64,000 nt of DNA from Octopus sinensis (lineage: Eukaryota): the NCBI RefSeq assembly GCF_006345805.1, contig NC_042999.1, positions 20,708,001-20,772,000 of the forward strand, read 5' to 3'. Position numbers and translations under genes: made by a program. Shown piece by piece: positions 1-12,117 of this stretch. The notes beneath the pieces are model-generated. The model was not told the DNA's origin. It searched no databases and saw nothing but the letters and a program-made list of their open reading frames with translations. The stretch's first letter is position 1, and the number at the start of each line of letters is the position of its first letter.

Positions 1-124
1 CAAATGACTTCGCCCCAACATATGGGTGCGTGTGTGTATGAGAGAGTATGTGGTGCGTATGAAAGGTCTGGACGTGTGTATGTATGTATGATGTGATGTG
101 TAATGTCGTATGGTGTAGTGTAGA

Positions 125-415
125 GAGGGGAGATGAGGGGGAGAGTGAGAGAGAGTGGGGGAGGGGAAGAGATGAGGGGGGAATGAGTTTGATGAGGAGG
201 GGGAGGAGAGAGGAGGGGAGAGGATGAGGGGGGATAGGGGTAGAGAGAAGGGGAGTGAGGGAGCAGAGAGAAAGAGAGAAGGGGAAGAGGGAAGAAGAAA
301 GAGGAAAGAAGAGGAGAAAAGAAGAGAAGAGGAGGGAAAGAGAGTAGGGGTGAAAAGATGAAGAACCGAAGAGAAGAAGGAGTCGGGGGGGGGGGGAGGT
401 TAGATGAGGAGGGTG
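125..415. repeat. GA-rich low-complexity tract
   Basis: Purine-only runs of GAG/GAGA/GAA motifs. Confidence 0.9.
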
Positions 416-419
416 GAAG

Positions 420-592
420 TCGCGACCAAATGGCGTAAAAGAGCGAAGAGAGAAGATTAATCCTTGTTCACGGCGTAAACAGCAATCCGGATGGCCTCTG
501 TGCAAGGACAAACCAAACACAGACAGCTGTTGCAAAGAGTGACCGGTGGAGCGGAAATGGCGTGAGACCGGTGTGTCGTTGGCTTATATACA
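420..592. promoter_or_regulatory. Candidate promoter / CpG-rich patch with two YY1-like AAATGGCG motifs
   Basis: CpG-rich unique island in AT-rich DNA; AAATGGCGT at ~428 and ~555; ACCGGT twice. No transcript evidence. Confidence 0.25.
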
Positions 593-2044
593 TATATGAA
601 TATAAGTATATATACATCTATATATATACGTGTGTGAGTGTGTATGTCTATATACATATACACATGGTACATAAGGAATTTACAACCTCTTAAGATGTGT
701 TATGCGAGTATAATATAAATGAAATACACCTTTGCTTTTACACATGCACATAACCATTCACCTATGTTTCCTTCATAAACACATTAGGTTATTACCAGGG
801 ATGCATCAGTTCAGAATGAAACTGTTGTGCTGGAGGCTGGTCATTCGCAGCAAGACATATCGCAGACATGTGACGCTACTTAGTTACCTCCTGTTATATT
901 CTGATCTCACTGTGATCGACTCTGTATTTCATCCCAAAGTGGTTGACAAATGAAATAAGCGATCTTTATTTCGGTTAGGTTAATTTATTACGCATAATCT
1001 TTCCGAAATTGTCACTAATTTAGAAAGAAGTACTTCATATATGTGTGAAGAATTTTGATTAAACATTTAGCTGCTCCGCTTGCAGTCACAATACAACAAC
1101 GGATTTTTATGCCAAAGCATATTTCCCAACGTTAGAAAGAGAAAGATAGAGGGAGAGTTAGAGATGAAGTGCGATTGAGAGACGTAGTCATTCAGATGAT
1201 GGGTTTATATTACATCAGTTCGTGCAAAGAGGATTTAGATCCATCCGCAGTACGCTGAGTGGTTACTGTCGACATAAGAATGAGTATTTGAGCAAAAGTC
1301 ACGGGTCTGTTTACTGAAATACCCTCAGAAATACTGAGAAAGTTACTGATTTATAATATAACAAACGTTTCTGAGGTTTCTTTTGAGGACCTAGTTCCAT
1401 ACATTGTTTCAAATTTATTATCACGATCGCCATTTTCAACTTATAATTTGATATGATGGTAAATCACCAAAATACTAAGTCTTGAACCTTCTCTGTGAAG
1501 CCTAATAACTTACAACTGGACTTCATCCCTTTCCCTCATAGATTCCACAATTTTCACTTAGCATGAACACTTTCTGCTTACATATTCTCGTGTGCATAAC
1601 GCAAGTATATCGCGAGTAATAGTGTTAGATCATTTGGCATCTTTTCACAATATCTATGTAAGCTGAGATAAAGGAGAATAAACTGGATCAGAGGAACTCA
1701 GTAGAAAATGTACAATAGATGTAAACTCATGACATCGAAGCATATTGTGCAATACCTTATACATCAATCATTTATCTTGTCTCTTTAATAAAAGAACTTC
1801 CCTGGGAAAGTCAAAGCCAGCCGAACAAACAGATATGGTTTTGGTTACTAGAAGGAATAGAGTTTGATTAGCATCACCCAACAATGGCTTTACTTCTCTA
1901 TAACAAATACAATTAATTTTCACGTAAAGATACATCCTGAAGAAGCATGTCAATATGAGATCGACTGACCTCTAGAAATAACAGTTACATCTCACTCACG
2001 CCGCACTCCTCTGCCTTAAAAACAAAATAACAATTGATTCACAT

Positions 2045-2247
2045 TTTGGCACAAGGCCAGCAATACGAGGAACGGGATTAGTCGATTACAGTCACCTCAT
2101 TGCCTGACTATTACTTTATTTCATCGACCCTGACAATGAAAATGAAAAGTGGCATCGGCGACACTTGAACGCAAAATATTAACAAAAAGAAGAAATTCCA
2201 CTATGCATATTGTTCGACGCGCTAATGATTTTGGATGCTTGCCGCCT
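2045..2247 (-). mobile_element. SINE family C, degenerate copy
   Basis: Similar to 13619-13851 and 18263-18478 (gtcgattac...atcgaccc...gaactc...gccgcc). Confidence 0.7.
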
Positions 2248-2299
2248 ATGTCCTGGACCTAATATAAAAGAGATCATAGTCAAACCTGAAAGATATTTT

Positions 2300-2504
2300 A
2301 TCAATTGTGTGACCCCCTTCAGTCATGAATGACCATGGGATTGCACCTAGAAGGTTACCCTCCGAGGCACAAGTTTTGGCAAGGTTATTTATGGAAGACC
2401 AGCAGTCGCCCATGAATACCAGTCTCCCCCTCCACGCCACCAGTGTTATCCAAGGGAAATGCAAAGGGGCCGATACAGTTTGGCACCAGTGACGTCGCAA
2501 CTCA
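2300..2504 (-). mobile_element. 3' part of another SINE, interrupted by a family A copy
   Basis: GC-richer repeat-like block ending gtgacgtcgcaactcattt, directly abutting the family A tail. Confidence 0.45.
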
Positions 2505-2820
2505 TTTATTAACGTACAAGTGGCTGAACACTCCACAGACACGTGTACCCTTAATGTATTTCTCGGGGAGATTCAGCGTGACACAGAGTGTGACAAGGCT
2601 GGTCCTTTGAAATACAGGTACAACAGAAACAGGAAGAAAGAGTGAGAGAAAGTTGTGGTGAAAGAGTACAGCAGGGTTTACCACCACCCCCTGCCAGAGC
2701 CTCGTGAGGCTTTAGGTGTTTTCGCTCAATAAACACTCACAATGCTCGATCTAGGGATCGAAACCGCGATCCTACGACCGCGAGTCCGCTACCCAAACCA
2801 CTGGGCCATTGCGCCTCCAC
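2505..2820 (-). mobile_element. tRNA-derived SINE family A
   Basis: Reverse complement matches 12118-12485; tRNA-like head gtggaggcgcaatggcccagtggtt with A/B boxes. Confidence 0.9.
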
Positions 2821-3311
2821 TGTTTTATCAATAACTCTACTGTATTAACAGAGCTACAGATCAATTGATAAAGGTGAAAGCAGCCACGAAAATATGTGCC
2901 ATTTGCTAGTATCTCTTTTTGTACTACTATATATAAACACTAGAAGCAATGAACAATTAACATATGCGAAAACAGGTTTGTGAATCTTTCTGTAGGCTTG
3001 GAAAAGTCAATAACAAATTATCATATTGTCTAGTCTCCATTATCCCATCATCTAAGTAAACTTTAGCTTGACATAGCACCTATGTCCTGGTTTGGTTTCA
3101 GTTTGTAAATAGTATTTCAAAGACTTTACTTAATAAAATATAAATACAAATATCATAAGAAAACTTCATAAGAAACTTCATAAGAAAGCTCCATAAACTT
3201 CATAAGAAAACTCCAAACGTATATTTGACGACGAGAATAAAGAAACTTCAAGAAAACGGGAAATAATTCACTTCTAATTGTCGAAATCGAAGCAGATGAA
3301 ACGAATAATGA

Positions 3312-3526
3312 TTCTTTCTACTATTAGCACAAAGCCTGAAAATTGATGGGAGGGAGCTAGTCGATTACATTGACCCCCACTGCATAACTGGTACTTATTT
3401 CATCGAACCGGAAAGAATGAATGGCAAAGTCGACTTCGGCGGAATTTGAACTCAGAACGTAAGGACGGATTAAATGTTGCGAAGCAATTTGCCCGGCGTG
3501 CTAATGATTCTGACAACTCGACGCCT
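3312..3526 (-). mobile_element. SINE family C (type-2 tail)
   Basis: aaagtcgacttcggcggaatttgaactcagaacgt core shared with other copies. Confidence 0.85.
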
Positions 3527-3530
3527 AATA

Positions 3531-3663
3531 ATCCTTTCTGCTATAGGCACAAGGCCTGAAATTAAGGGGGAGGAGACTAGTCGATTATATCGACCCCAGT
3601 GTTTCACTGGTACTTAATTTATCGACTCCGAAAGGATGGAAGGCAAAGACGACCTCGGCGGAT
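3531..3663 (-). mobile_element. SINE family C, 5'-truncated
   Basis: Tail and core similarity, ends at gacctcggcgga. Confidence 0.8.
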
Positions 3664-4799
3664 CGACACCTAATAATAACATCATATAAATATTGGTTTA
3701 AGCACACTTTTCGATAGAAAGAGATTAAAGTTGTTCGTTGATCTCGAAACCACATCTTCTGTGAACATGATGAACGTTCTACCATTTTTGATAAATGGAA
3801 TTCTTCAAAATTCTTAAATAACCATTTATTTACATGCAAGTTTTATAGTTTTATCTACTTCGAGTTCTACAATTAAAAACAAATTATTTTACATTTTCTC
3901 GAAGTTTCTAAATTCCTACTATCTAAAAGACATAGAATTCACCTCGATAATCACACAACCTTTAAAATGCAAAAAATTCGAAGGAGTCCTTTGGACCACT
4001 CTCAGACTGTTTATTAGGTTCACAGAATATGTTGGTTTGAGTCCAACGGGTAGCCTTCGATTTCCTATCCAAAAAGCTTCTTAATTCTTAGCCTAATAGC
4101 TACATGCTATTATCAATATCTTCATTTCACCCGTTTTTATTTTCTGAGTCCAAGTTCCACCGATATCGAATCTGCCTTCCCTTATTTCCAAGTTGATGTA
4201 ATCGACTAGCCTCCTCTCCCAATCTTTAAGGCCTTGTGCCTATATTAGAGAAGGTTTATCAGTAGCTTTATCTACTTCTAGTTGTACAGTTAAAATATAA
4301 TATGTTTTGATAAGAGAACGACTGTTATCTGGCAATTCTGACATAGTTCCATTTTACCAAACATTGTATGATAAAATTCGACGTATATCTTGTGAGAGTT
4401 CCTTTTCTCCCCACATTTGAGTCCAGACTGAAATAAAATTCTCCATTTCTTCTCAAAACTTTATAGCACGAAACATTCTTGAAATATAGGCAAATATCAC
4501 AAAGTTTAAGATAAAGAACGATTTTCTTTGCATATTAAACAAAACTAAGTCTGTCTTTAAGCTACAACCATTGAAGTATTCCTTATCTTCTGTAAGATTC
4601 TTTCAGTCGAACAAAGGAGAGATTATATTTTCCAAAGCTGAGGATCATGAAACCAGGAAAGCTGAAAAAGAAAAAGAAAAGAAGAAAAGAGAAGAGATTC
4701 GCAATTCTATATGCTATTAATATACAGACTTCCAGCTGTCAAAATAATGTTATAGAAACTTGGAGATTCTTTAAAAAGAACGTTAACAATAATAGTAGC

Positions 4800-4818
4800 A
4801 GTAAAAATATGAACAACA

Positions 4819-4851
<33 letters not shown>

Positions 4852-5040
4852 GTAATAATAATAATAGTAATAATAATAATAATAATAATAATGAAGAAGA
4901 AGAGGTAGAGAAGGGGGAGAAGGAGTAAGAAGAAGAAGAAGAAGAAGAGGAAGAGAAGGGGAGGAGGAGTAAGAAGCAGAAGAAGAAGAAAACGAGGAAG
5001 AGAAGGGGGAGGAGGAGTAAGAAGAAGAAGAAGAAGAAGA
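4800..5040. repeat. (AAT)n followed by (GAA)/(GAG) repeats
   Basis: Direct reading. Confidence 0.95.
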
Positions 5041-5052
5041 ACTCTTTTCAAG

Positions 5053-5163
5053 GATATGATTCCGATTTATTACTGGTATGCATTTTACGTTTCAAGAGAT
5101 AGTCATCAAAAGTCGATTCTAAACGAATTTGGAAGTGAAATAAAAATCGATCAAGTTCCATGG
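5053..5163 (+). CDS. Candidate internal exon, unknown protein (DMIPIYYWYAFYVSRDSHQKSILNEFGSEIKIDQVPW)
   Basis: ttttcaag acceptor, gtaaag donor, 111 nt open in phase 0-0; no recognisable homology. Confidence 0.3.
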
Positions 5164-6084
5164 GTAAAGTTTTGTTCTAAACACTGCCGTCTCTATCAAC
5201 ACGCTAATAACAATAATTGATTCTTTTTCCAGTACATGGTGAAGAATATATAATGGTTGGACACCAGTATTTGCCTGGTGTTGTATTTTATCGATCCTAA
5301 AAATAATGAAAGTCAAAATTGATCCCGTTGCGGTTTGAACAAAGAAAGAAAGAGATGGAAGGAATTTTAATAACAATAATGGCAACGTCAACAACAAAAT
5401 CTACCACAACAGGGGTGATACACATTATTTCAATAACAACCCTAACAAACATCTACATATATGGAAAAAGAAATAGACCAGTATCTTGTATAAATAAAAC
5501 CAAATTTATTGCATTACAGCAGAACATACCAAGCGATTTTGTACAGGATTATAAAGAACTTGTGGTGAATTTAAGGTGATTATGTTACCGAAGATCATGT
5601 AAAGCAAACTTGAAATGCAGTACTCTATTAGCTGCTGAAGCCTACTAAAATCCATGCTTCGTATTGTTCGCTTTCTTCCAAATTAACGTATAACACTATA
5701 CAGGAATGGTGGACTAAAGGATAACGACTAGGATGTTGGAGACGATTAACTACATGAAAATACATTGGATAAACAAATGTAGAATGAAGCGAATAACAGC
5801 ACTGAGAGATATTTTATGATTATTACGCCGCCGCACTGTAGCCATTATATTCTATCTCCATAGCAGAAATATAGGTAGACTACCATACAAAATCTATACG
5901 CAACTATGAATCATCGAAAGAAAATCTAGCTGGAAGGATCTATCTGCTAGAAGTTGCAGAAATATCTCTCAAATCAGAGTCTATCACCCTTAAAATGTAC
6001 GATGTAACGAAGAGATTATCGGTGTTCAAATGACCGATGAGCAACTACACAAATGTAGATTAGTAAATGCATACTGATGTAGAA

Positions 6085-6394
6085 TCATCTGATCACGGAA
6101 CCGACCAGACCATCAGATGTTGCTACCCATCGCTAGTCACAATGTGTTCGCATTGTTTTAGCTTTCGAATGATGCCACCCCACCGGTTAAGCGAGCATGT
6201 CAACAGAAGAAAGAGTGAGAGAAAGTTGTGGTGAAGGAGTACAGCATGGATCACCACCGCCCCCTGCCGGAGCCTCGTGGAGCTTTTAGGTGTTATCGTT
6301 CAATAAACACTCACAGCGACCGGTCTTGGAATCGAAACCGCGATCGTACGACCGCGATTCCGCTACCCTAACCACTGGGCCATTGCGCCTCAAC
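6085..6394 (-). mobile_element. SINE with family A head/body and a different tail (tail E)
   Basis: Head matches 2640-2820; tail matches 26486-26570. Confidence 0.8.
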
Positions 6395-6526
6395 ATTGTT
6401 CTATAATATTCAATAAAAAATATATATTAATAAGAAATTCTTGAGAGTGGGGCTTATAAAGCTGTTTACCCGGTTTCTATAGCGAATAAACAAAATCCTA
6501 ATATTTACCCTGAATGAAAAGCCGAA

Positions 6527-6672
6527 CCGTTGCAGGATTGAAGGCCGGCAATTTTGAATGGGGCAGGCATGTCGAATACATCGACAGCCATGCTTGACTG
6601 GTATTTATGTATTCGACCGTGAAGCTATCAACTCAAAGTTCACTTCGGTAGGATTTGAATTAAAAACGTGAA
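6527..6672 (-). mobile_element. SINE family C, degenerate
   Basis: Residual gtcgaatacatcgac...ttcggtaggatttgaat similarity. Confidence 0.55.
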
Positions 6673-6679
6673 AATGCTA

Positions 6680-7097
6680 CTCTCTTTAATCTCTCTTTAC
6701 TCTTTTACTTGTTTCAGTCATTTGACTGTGGCCATGCTGGAGCACCGCCTTTTAGTCGACCAAATCGACCCCAGGACTTATTCTTTGGAAGCCTAGTACT
6801 TATTCTATCAGTCTTTTTTGCTGAACTGCTAAGTGACGGGGACGTAAACACACCAGCATCGGTTGTCAAGCAATGTTGGGGGGGGGGGCAAACACAGACA
6901 CACAAACACATACACACACATACATTCACATATACCAATATATATATACGGCGGGCTTCTTTCAGTTTCCGTCTACCAAATCCACTGACAAGGCCTTAGT
7001 CTGCCGAAGGCTATAGTAGAAAAACTTGCCCAAAGTGCCACGCAATGGGACTGAACCCGGAACCATGTGATTCGTAAGCAAGCTACTTACCACTCCT
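6680..7097 (-). mobile_element. SINE family B (CORE-like box, central CA/TA microsatellite)
   Basis: Matches ten other copies in the window; cttgggcaagt box; tail gactgaaacaagtaaaagagta. Confidence 0.95.
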
Positions 7098-7291
7098 ACA
7101 AGCAATTTCTCTGATGTACTGACGATTGACAGATCGCCGCCAAATAAAACCATAACAAACATGATTAAAACATGGAATACAAAGTCTGTCAAAACTACAC
7201 GAATGTACGTCACGCATAGCTATAAGATAACCTCGTACAAATAAATGATGTTAACTCAAAGTAGTGAACCACAGGGAACACATGTATAGAA

Positions 7292-7624
7292 GTGAAGAAG
7301 GCGAAGAAGCCGGAGAGGGAGAACAGGGTGTATGTGGCGATGAATACCGCAAACAGAGAAGTGGTACGCAGAGTGGAGACTCAACACGTCGAGGAGGTGG
7401 AGATGGAAGCGAAAGGTGGAGGCTGGAGATGCTACGTGATGGGACTGAAAGGGTTCAACACGTATGCAAACGACTTTAGAAAAGACGTAGGCACACTCAG
7501 AATGAGCAAGGAGGATGCCCTGAAGGATGCAGAAAGGAAGAACAGCAACGCGCCGAGTCCACGTTCATCCGAGGCAGAAGAGACGGGTCCCCCCCGCCGG
7601 CCGGACCCAGAGGAAATAAGGTAG
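7292..7624 (+). CDS. C-terminal fragment of Tx1 ORF1
   Basis: 110-aa open frame ending 7 nt before the ORF2 ATG; an in-frame stop lies just upstream, consistent with a truncation junction. Confidence 0.55.
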   Translation: MKKAKKPERENRVYVAMNTANREVVRRVETQHVEEVEMEAKGGGWRCYVMGLKGFNTYANDFRKDVGTLRMSKEDALKDAERKNSNAPSPRSSEAEETGPPRRPDPEEIR

Positions 7625-7631
7625 GCAAACT

Positions 7632-10600
7632 ATGGCTGTTTACGTTGGTTGCATAATTGTGCGCGTCCTGGTAGCAATCTGGAAACAAGGTCGTTTACTA
7701 AACGATATCAGGGCGCGGAATTTAAATGTAATTGTCGCTACTGAGACACGAATCGAAGGGCCAAGAGATCTACTCCCGCTCATGGAAGGCTACGAGAAAT
7801 TTATTTCTCCTGGACGGCATGTGGGCGGGAGTGGGGTGTTGGTTCTGCTTAAAAAAGATAGTGTCGCAGAGAAAAAGTTGATTTTTTCTGATTCAGAAGG
7901 TAGGCTGGTCGTCTTAGATCTGACGTTCAGTTGTGGTAAAGAAATCAGGCTGGTGGCGGTGTATGCACCTAATACGGGTCAGACTGATTTTTATCGAGGC
8001 TTGGAGAAGTTTCTTGGCACGTCAAAATCCATAGTCATGTTAGGGGACTTTAATGCCATAGTCGACGCGCGCGTCGATGGCATTGGCTCGAAAGATAGGA
8101 AACCAAACGCTGGCTTCCGGGATCTACTGAGTCGCTTTCAGCTGGTAGATCCCTACAGACTTGAATTCCCGAACGCTCCACAGTGGACGTGGTTAAGTGG
8201 CGACGGGTCTGTCGGGTCTTACATAGACAGAATTTTTATTAGAAAAATAGATAAAGGATTAGTTAAGTGTCCACAGTTTCACACGGTCAGTTACAGCGAT
8301 CACAGGATGGTCACTGGCGAACTGAACCTAGATAAGTTAGGTAGTAGGGGATCCGGCTACTGGAAACTCAATAAGTCCCTCCTGGCTATTGAGGAGTACA
8401 GAAAGCGGATCGAGTTAGTAGTGAAGAGGGCGTTAACCGGTTCCATTATTAACAACAAATGGTGGTACGCCCTCAAAAGAGCCATCAAATACGAGTCCGT
8501 TAGATACAGCATAGGTCTAACAACTAGCGGGCGTAAGAAAGAGATGGGGCTAGTTAAGGCCTTAGAGGAAGCCATCAGAGCTGGCGATGGGGCCCAGGTT
8601 AGGCTGAGGAGACTGGAGTTGAACCAGCACCTCGAAGCCCAACATATGGGTTGCATCGTCAGAGCTAGAATTCGCGCAATGGGGTGCGAGGGTATCAAGG
8701 CTGCCGGATGGGCACGAGTTGTGGAGGCTCAACGTGGAAACGATTCCACAATTAAGTCTGTGACGAACGGGCGAGGCGATGTGATCACCGAACCAGAGGA
8801 GATGTGTCGGACGTTTCAGGAGCACTTCGCTCGGCTCTTTGGGGGCGACGGCGGACCGGAGGAGAGGGTGGACCTAACGGACATCCTCGCCGGGCTGCCG
8901 CGCCTCTCGGGGCAGGATGCGGAGAGCTGTGAAGCGTCGATCTCGCCTGAGGAGATAGCCGAGGTCCTGGCCGACTGCGGTGAAGGCAGGGCGCCGGGGA
9001 TCGATGTTTACCTTACGAACTATATAAAAGAATGCCAGACTTGTTCGGGAACGTGCTGGCCGGCGTTTTCACGAACTGGCGGCAGAATGGGTTCATTCCC
9101 AGGTCTGTACGTCGGGGAGTGGTGACGCTGATCAGGAAGGACCCGAGCAAGGGGGACAACATAGACAACTTTCGGCCCATCACACTGCTAAACACAGAGG
9201 TGAAGATTTTGGCCAAGGTGTTAGCGAAAAGGATGACGCGTGTCGCGGGTGGTCTGATCGGGGAGGCACAAACTTGTGCGATCCCTGGAAGAACCATCCA
9301 GGACAATCTTCACCTAGTACGCTACACAATAGAAAGGTTTGAGAATGACTCTGGCAAGGGTGGGGCATTGGTCCATTTAGACCAGAGTAAAGCGTTTGAT
9401 AGGGTGAACCATCGGTACCTGGTGTCCGTGCTGGCGCAGTTCGGTCTGGGCATTGGCTTCCTCAGGTGGATCATACAGTTGTACGATAACATCGACTCGA
9501 TCGTTCGGGTGAATGGCTTCCTGTCGAAGCCGTTCCGCATCAAACGGTCTGTTCGTCAAGGGTGTCCGCTCTCCCCGATTTTGTATGTGATGGCTCTCGA
9601 GCCATTGCTGCGAAAGCTGAGCGCCATCCCGATGAATCCAGGAGGTGGAGGATCTGTGACATCGTATGCGGACGACATCACCATCATCGTGACCGAGGTG
9701 GAACTCCTACGTAATGTGGGAGACGCCATCAAGGCTTACGAGACGGTGACAGGAGCAAAGATTAACCGGGAAAAATCGGTCGGCTTGCAACTCGCACCTG
9801 GAGGGGCAAGTCGATGCCTTCGAATAGCATCGTGGGATGCTGGACGGAGGGCCCGGTTAAGCTGCTAGGGATCTGGTTTGGTCCAGGTCTCCAGATAGAA
9901 AAGAACTGGTCTGAGGTGTCGGGCAAGGTGGCTCACGCGGTCGGGACTTGGTCCGGACGGTGGCTGTCCTTGAAAGGGAGGGCGGAGGTGGCCAATGTAT
10001 TTTTAGCATCGGTCATCACCTACCGCCTGACCGTCGTCCTTTGTCCGGATTCGTGGTTGAGCAAGTTGGAGAGGCAGATCTTCCGCTTTTTGTGGAAGGG
10101 AAGTGCTCCTCTTGTAAGACGTTCTATCTGCTGTCAGAAACCGTTAAAGGGTGGCTTGGGGATGCCTTGGCTGATGATGCGCAGAGATGCGCTGAGGTTA
10201 AGGCAACTTTGGCTCTCCCTGGATGGTGAACGGGTGTGGTCCCCGCTTGCGAAGCAGATGTTCCCCAGCTTTGTCAGTTTCGGTGGCAGAGAAACCTGGT
10301 TTCGTCGCAGACTTAGATCGAGCATGTGGTATTCGGAGTGCCATAAGGCACTCTGCCACTTCCGCAAGTCGGGCAATGCCGGCGGCTTTGGTACCACCGC
10401 AGCTTTTTATAGCAGGTTGGTAGAGGCCGGAAATGACGATGCCTTAGGAAGGACCTTGGGCCTCGATAGAGATCAGTTGGACAGCCTGTTCCGAAGGACG
10501 TTCGGGCCGAAGACATTGGATAACTTCCAGAAGTCTTTGACCTGGCAATGTTTCAGAGGAGCTTTACCCGTTCGGGATAAATTCACAAGGCATGGTTGGA

Positions 10601-11016
10601 GTGGACCATCGAACTGCCCAAGATGCGAGCGGGATCTGGAAACAGTCTCGCACGCTATTGTTCAGTGTCCGAAAGTCTCGGACGTGTGGGTATATGCCGA
10701 ACACCTGTTGTCGGACGGAAGAAGAGTACAGCTATCGGCTGAGACAATTATAAAAATTGACTCGCCTAGCTTTTTGACAAGTGAAGGTAAGCATTGCTTT
10801 CTCAGTACAGTAGCAGTAGCGAAAGAGTGTATATGGAAGACCAGAATGAAAGCGGTAACGAAATGCACCGTGATCTCTGGCTCCGCCTTGGTGACCTATT
10901 TCAGGTTCCACCTAAAAAGAAAGGTGGAGTTGGAGAAGAGGTGTCTGTCTGCGTGTGAGTTCGATAAAATATGGAAGCGTGTGGCACGGTTGCTGCGAGT
11001 GAGAGGAGCCACGTAA
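7632..11016 (+). pseudogene. Tx1 ORF2 (APE endonuclease + reverse transcriptase + CCHC), ~1128 aa after repairing two 1-nt deletions (~9006, ~9794)
   Basis: Motifs ATETRI, LGDFNA, YIDRIF, SDH, GYWKLN, FRPITLLNTEVKILAK, LDQSKAFDRV, RQGCPLSP, YADD, CPRC..ETVSHAIVQC. Confidence 0.93.
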
Positions 11017-11774
11017 ACATGCTGTAGGTTGGCTGCCGAGTTTCGGTGGGAATAGCAGGGCTCGTGGGGTCGGCAATCCTGGTGTTCCCACTTCATGTGT
11101 TCTCTTTATGTTGTGTTGTTGTTGTGTATCATTCGATTTATCCGATTTTTGTGTAATTTAAAAAAAAAAAAAGTTCATTTTTTCTGTAAATACCATTTGT
11201 GTCTCATGACCCCAAATCATGATGTATTGTCCCATTCTTCGTTGGCCCCTTGTGGGTAATAAAGAAATAACAGAATATTTTAATAAAAACAGACAAGTGA
11301 GTATTAATGTAAAGATAGCATTAAAAGAAATAGCATTAAAAAACAGTAATAAAAGAAAGAAAATTCTCTTTATTCTCAATTTCTTGGAAACCTCACATCA
11401 TCCCCGCCGAACCTTCTCACTCGAGTGATATATGTTTCGGCGTCATGTATCATCGTAAGTTTGTTCAATCTGAGCTTGTATCGTTTGTTCCACATTTCTT
11501 CCTTCGTATATATTTGTATGTAATATATTTTCCTTTGTATCAGCTAGATATGTTGTGGCAGGCTTAAGAATAATGCTTTTCCAAACTTTATTCGGAAATT
11601 TTTCAAAGTTTCAATCTTGTAGCGGTGACTAAATTGAATCTTGTATTCTTCACACTTATAGAAACCGTCAACATTTGCTTTACATAAAACGTCTGCATTA
11701 ATTTGAATTCTTTTGATTGCGAAGTCGGCTTTAGCATATTTATTTATTTATTTATTTATTTATGCTCACTTTTC

Positions 11775-12065
11775 AAGCCTAGCAAAGCTCATGGGCCTGG
11801 TTTCCCGGTTTATGTGGCGCATGTGTTTCCCCCAGCTGGACGGGAGGCCAGTCCATCGCAGCGTTACCCAAGAAACAGGAAGAAAGAGTAAGAGAAAGTT
11901 GGTGCGAAAGAGTACAACAAGGGTTGCCACCCCCACTGCCGGAGCCTCGTGGAGCTTTAGGTGTTTTCGCTCAATAAACACAGACAACACCCGGTCTGGG
12001 AATCGAAACGGCGATCCTCCGACCGTGAGTCCGCTGCCCTAACCACTGGGCCATTGGGCCTCCAC
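11775..12065 (-). mobile_element. SINE with family A head/body and tail D
   Basis: Head as family A; tail cccagctggacggga.gccagtccatcgcagcg shared with 37330-37580. Confidence 0.88.
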
Positions 12066-12117
12066 TTTAGCATATTTAGTAACACAATTGTGCGTCGGTG
12101 AAGTTGTAGCTGCTTTA

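Larger units (their letters stand above)
7290..11270 (+). mobile_element. L1/Tx1-clade LINE, 5'-truncated within ORF1
   Basis: GC-rich block; ORF1 C-terminus, then EN-RT-zinc knuckle ORF2, then 3' UTR ending gccccttgtgggtaataaagaaataa; no TSD found. Confidence 0.92.

Noticed and set aside
1700-1990. Possible degenerate RT fragment
   Set aside because: Protein-like patches but no identifiable motif
2760-2820. tRNA genes at SINE heads (also 12118, 37520, 40733)
   Set aside because: Only A/B-box tRNA-like heads fused to SINE bodies; no complete cloverleaf
4607-4720. Terminal exon SNKGEIIFSKAEDHETRKAEKEKEKKKREEIRNSICY
   Set aside because: Half is purine low-complexity; a stop here conflicts with the nearby downstream candidate; no support
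8357-10868. Antisense and alternate-frame ORFs inside the Tx1 LINE (likewise 30027-33906 plus-strand ORFs in the CR1)
   Set aside because: Shadows of GC-richer coding sequence; no motifs
11159-11172. A-run as the poly(A) tail of the Tx1 element
   Set aside because: Sequence continues ~100 nt to a tail shared with SINE C; no TSD follows the A-run. Not fully excluded.
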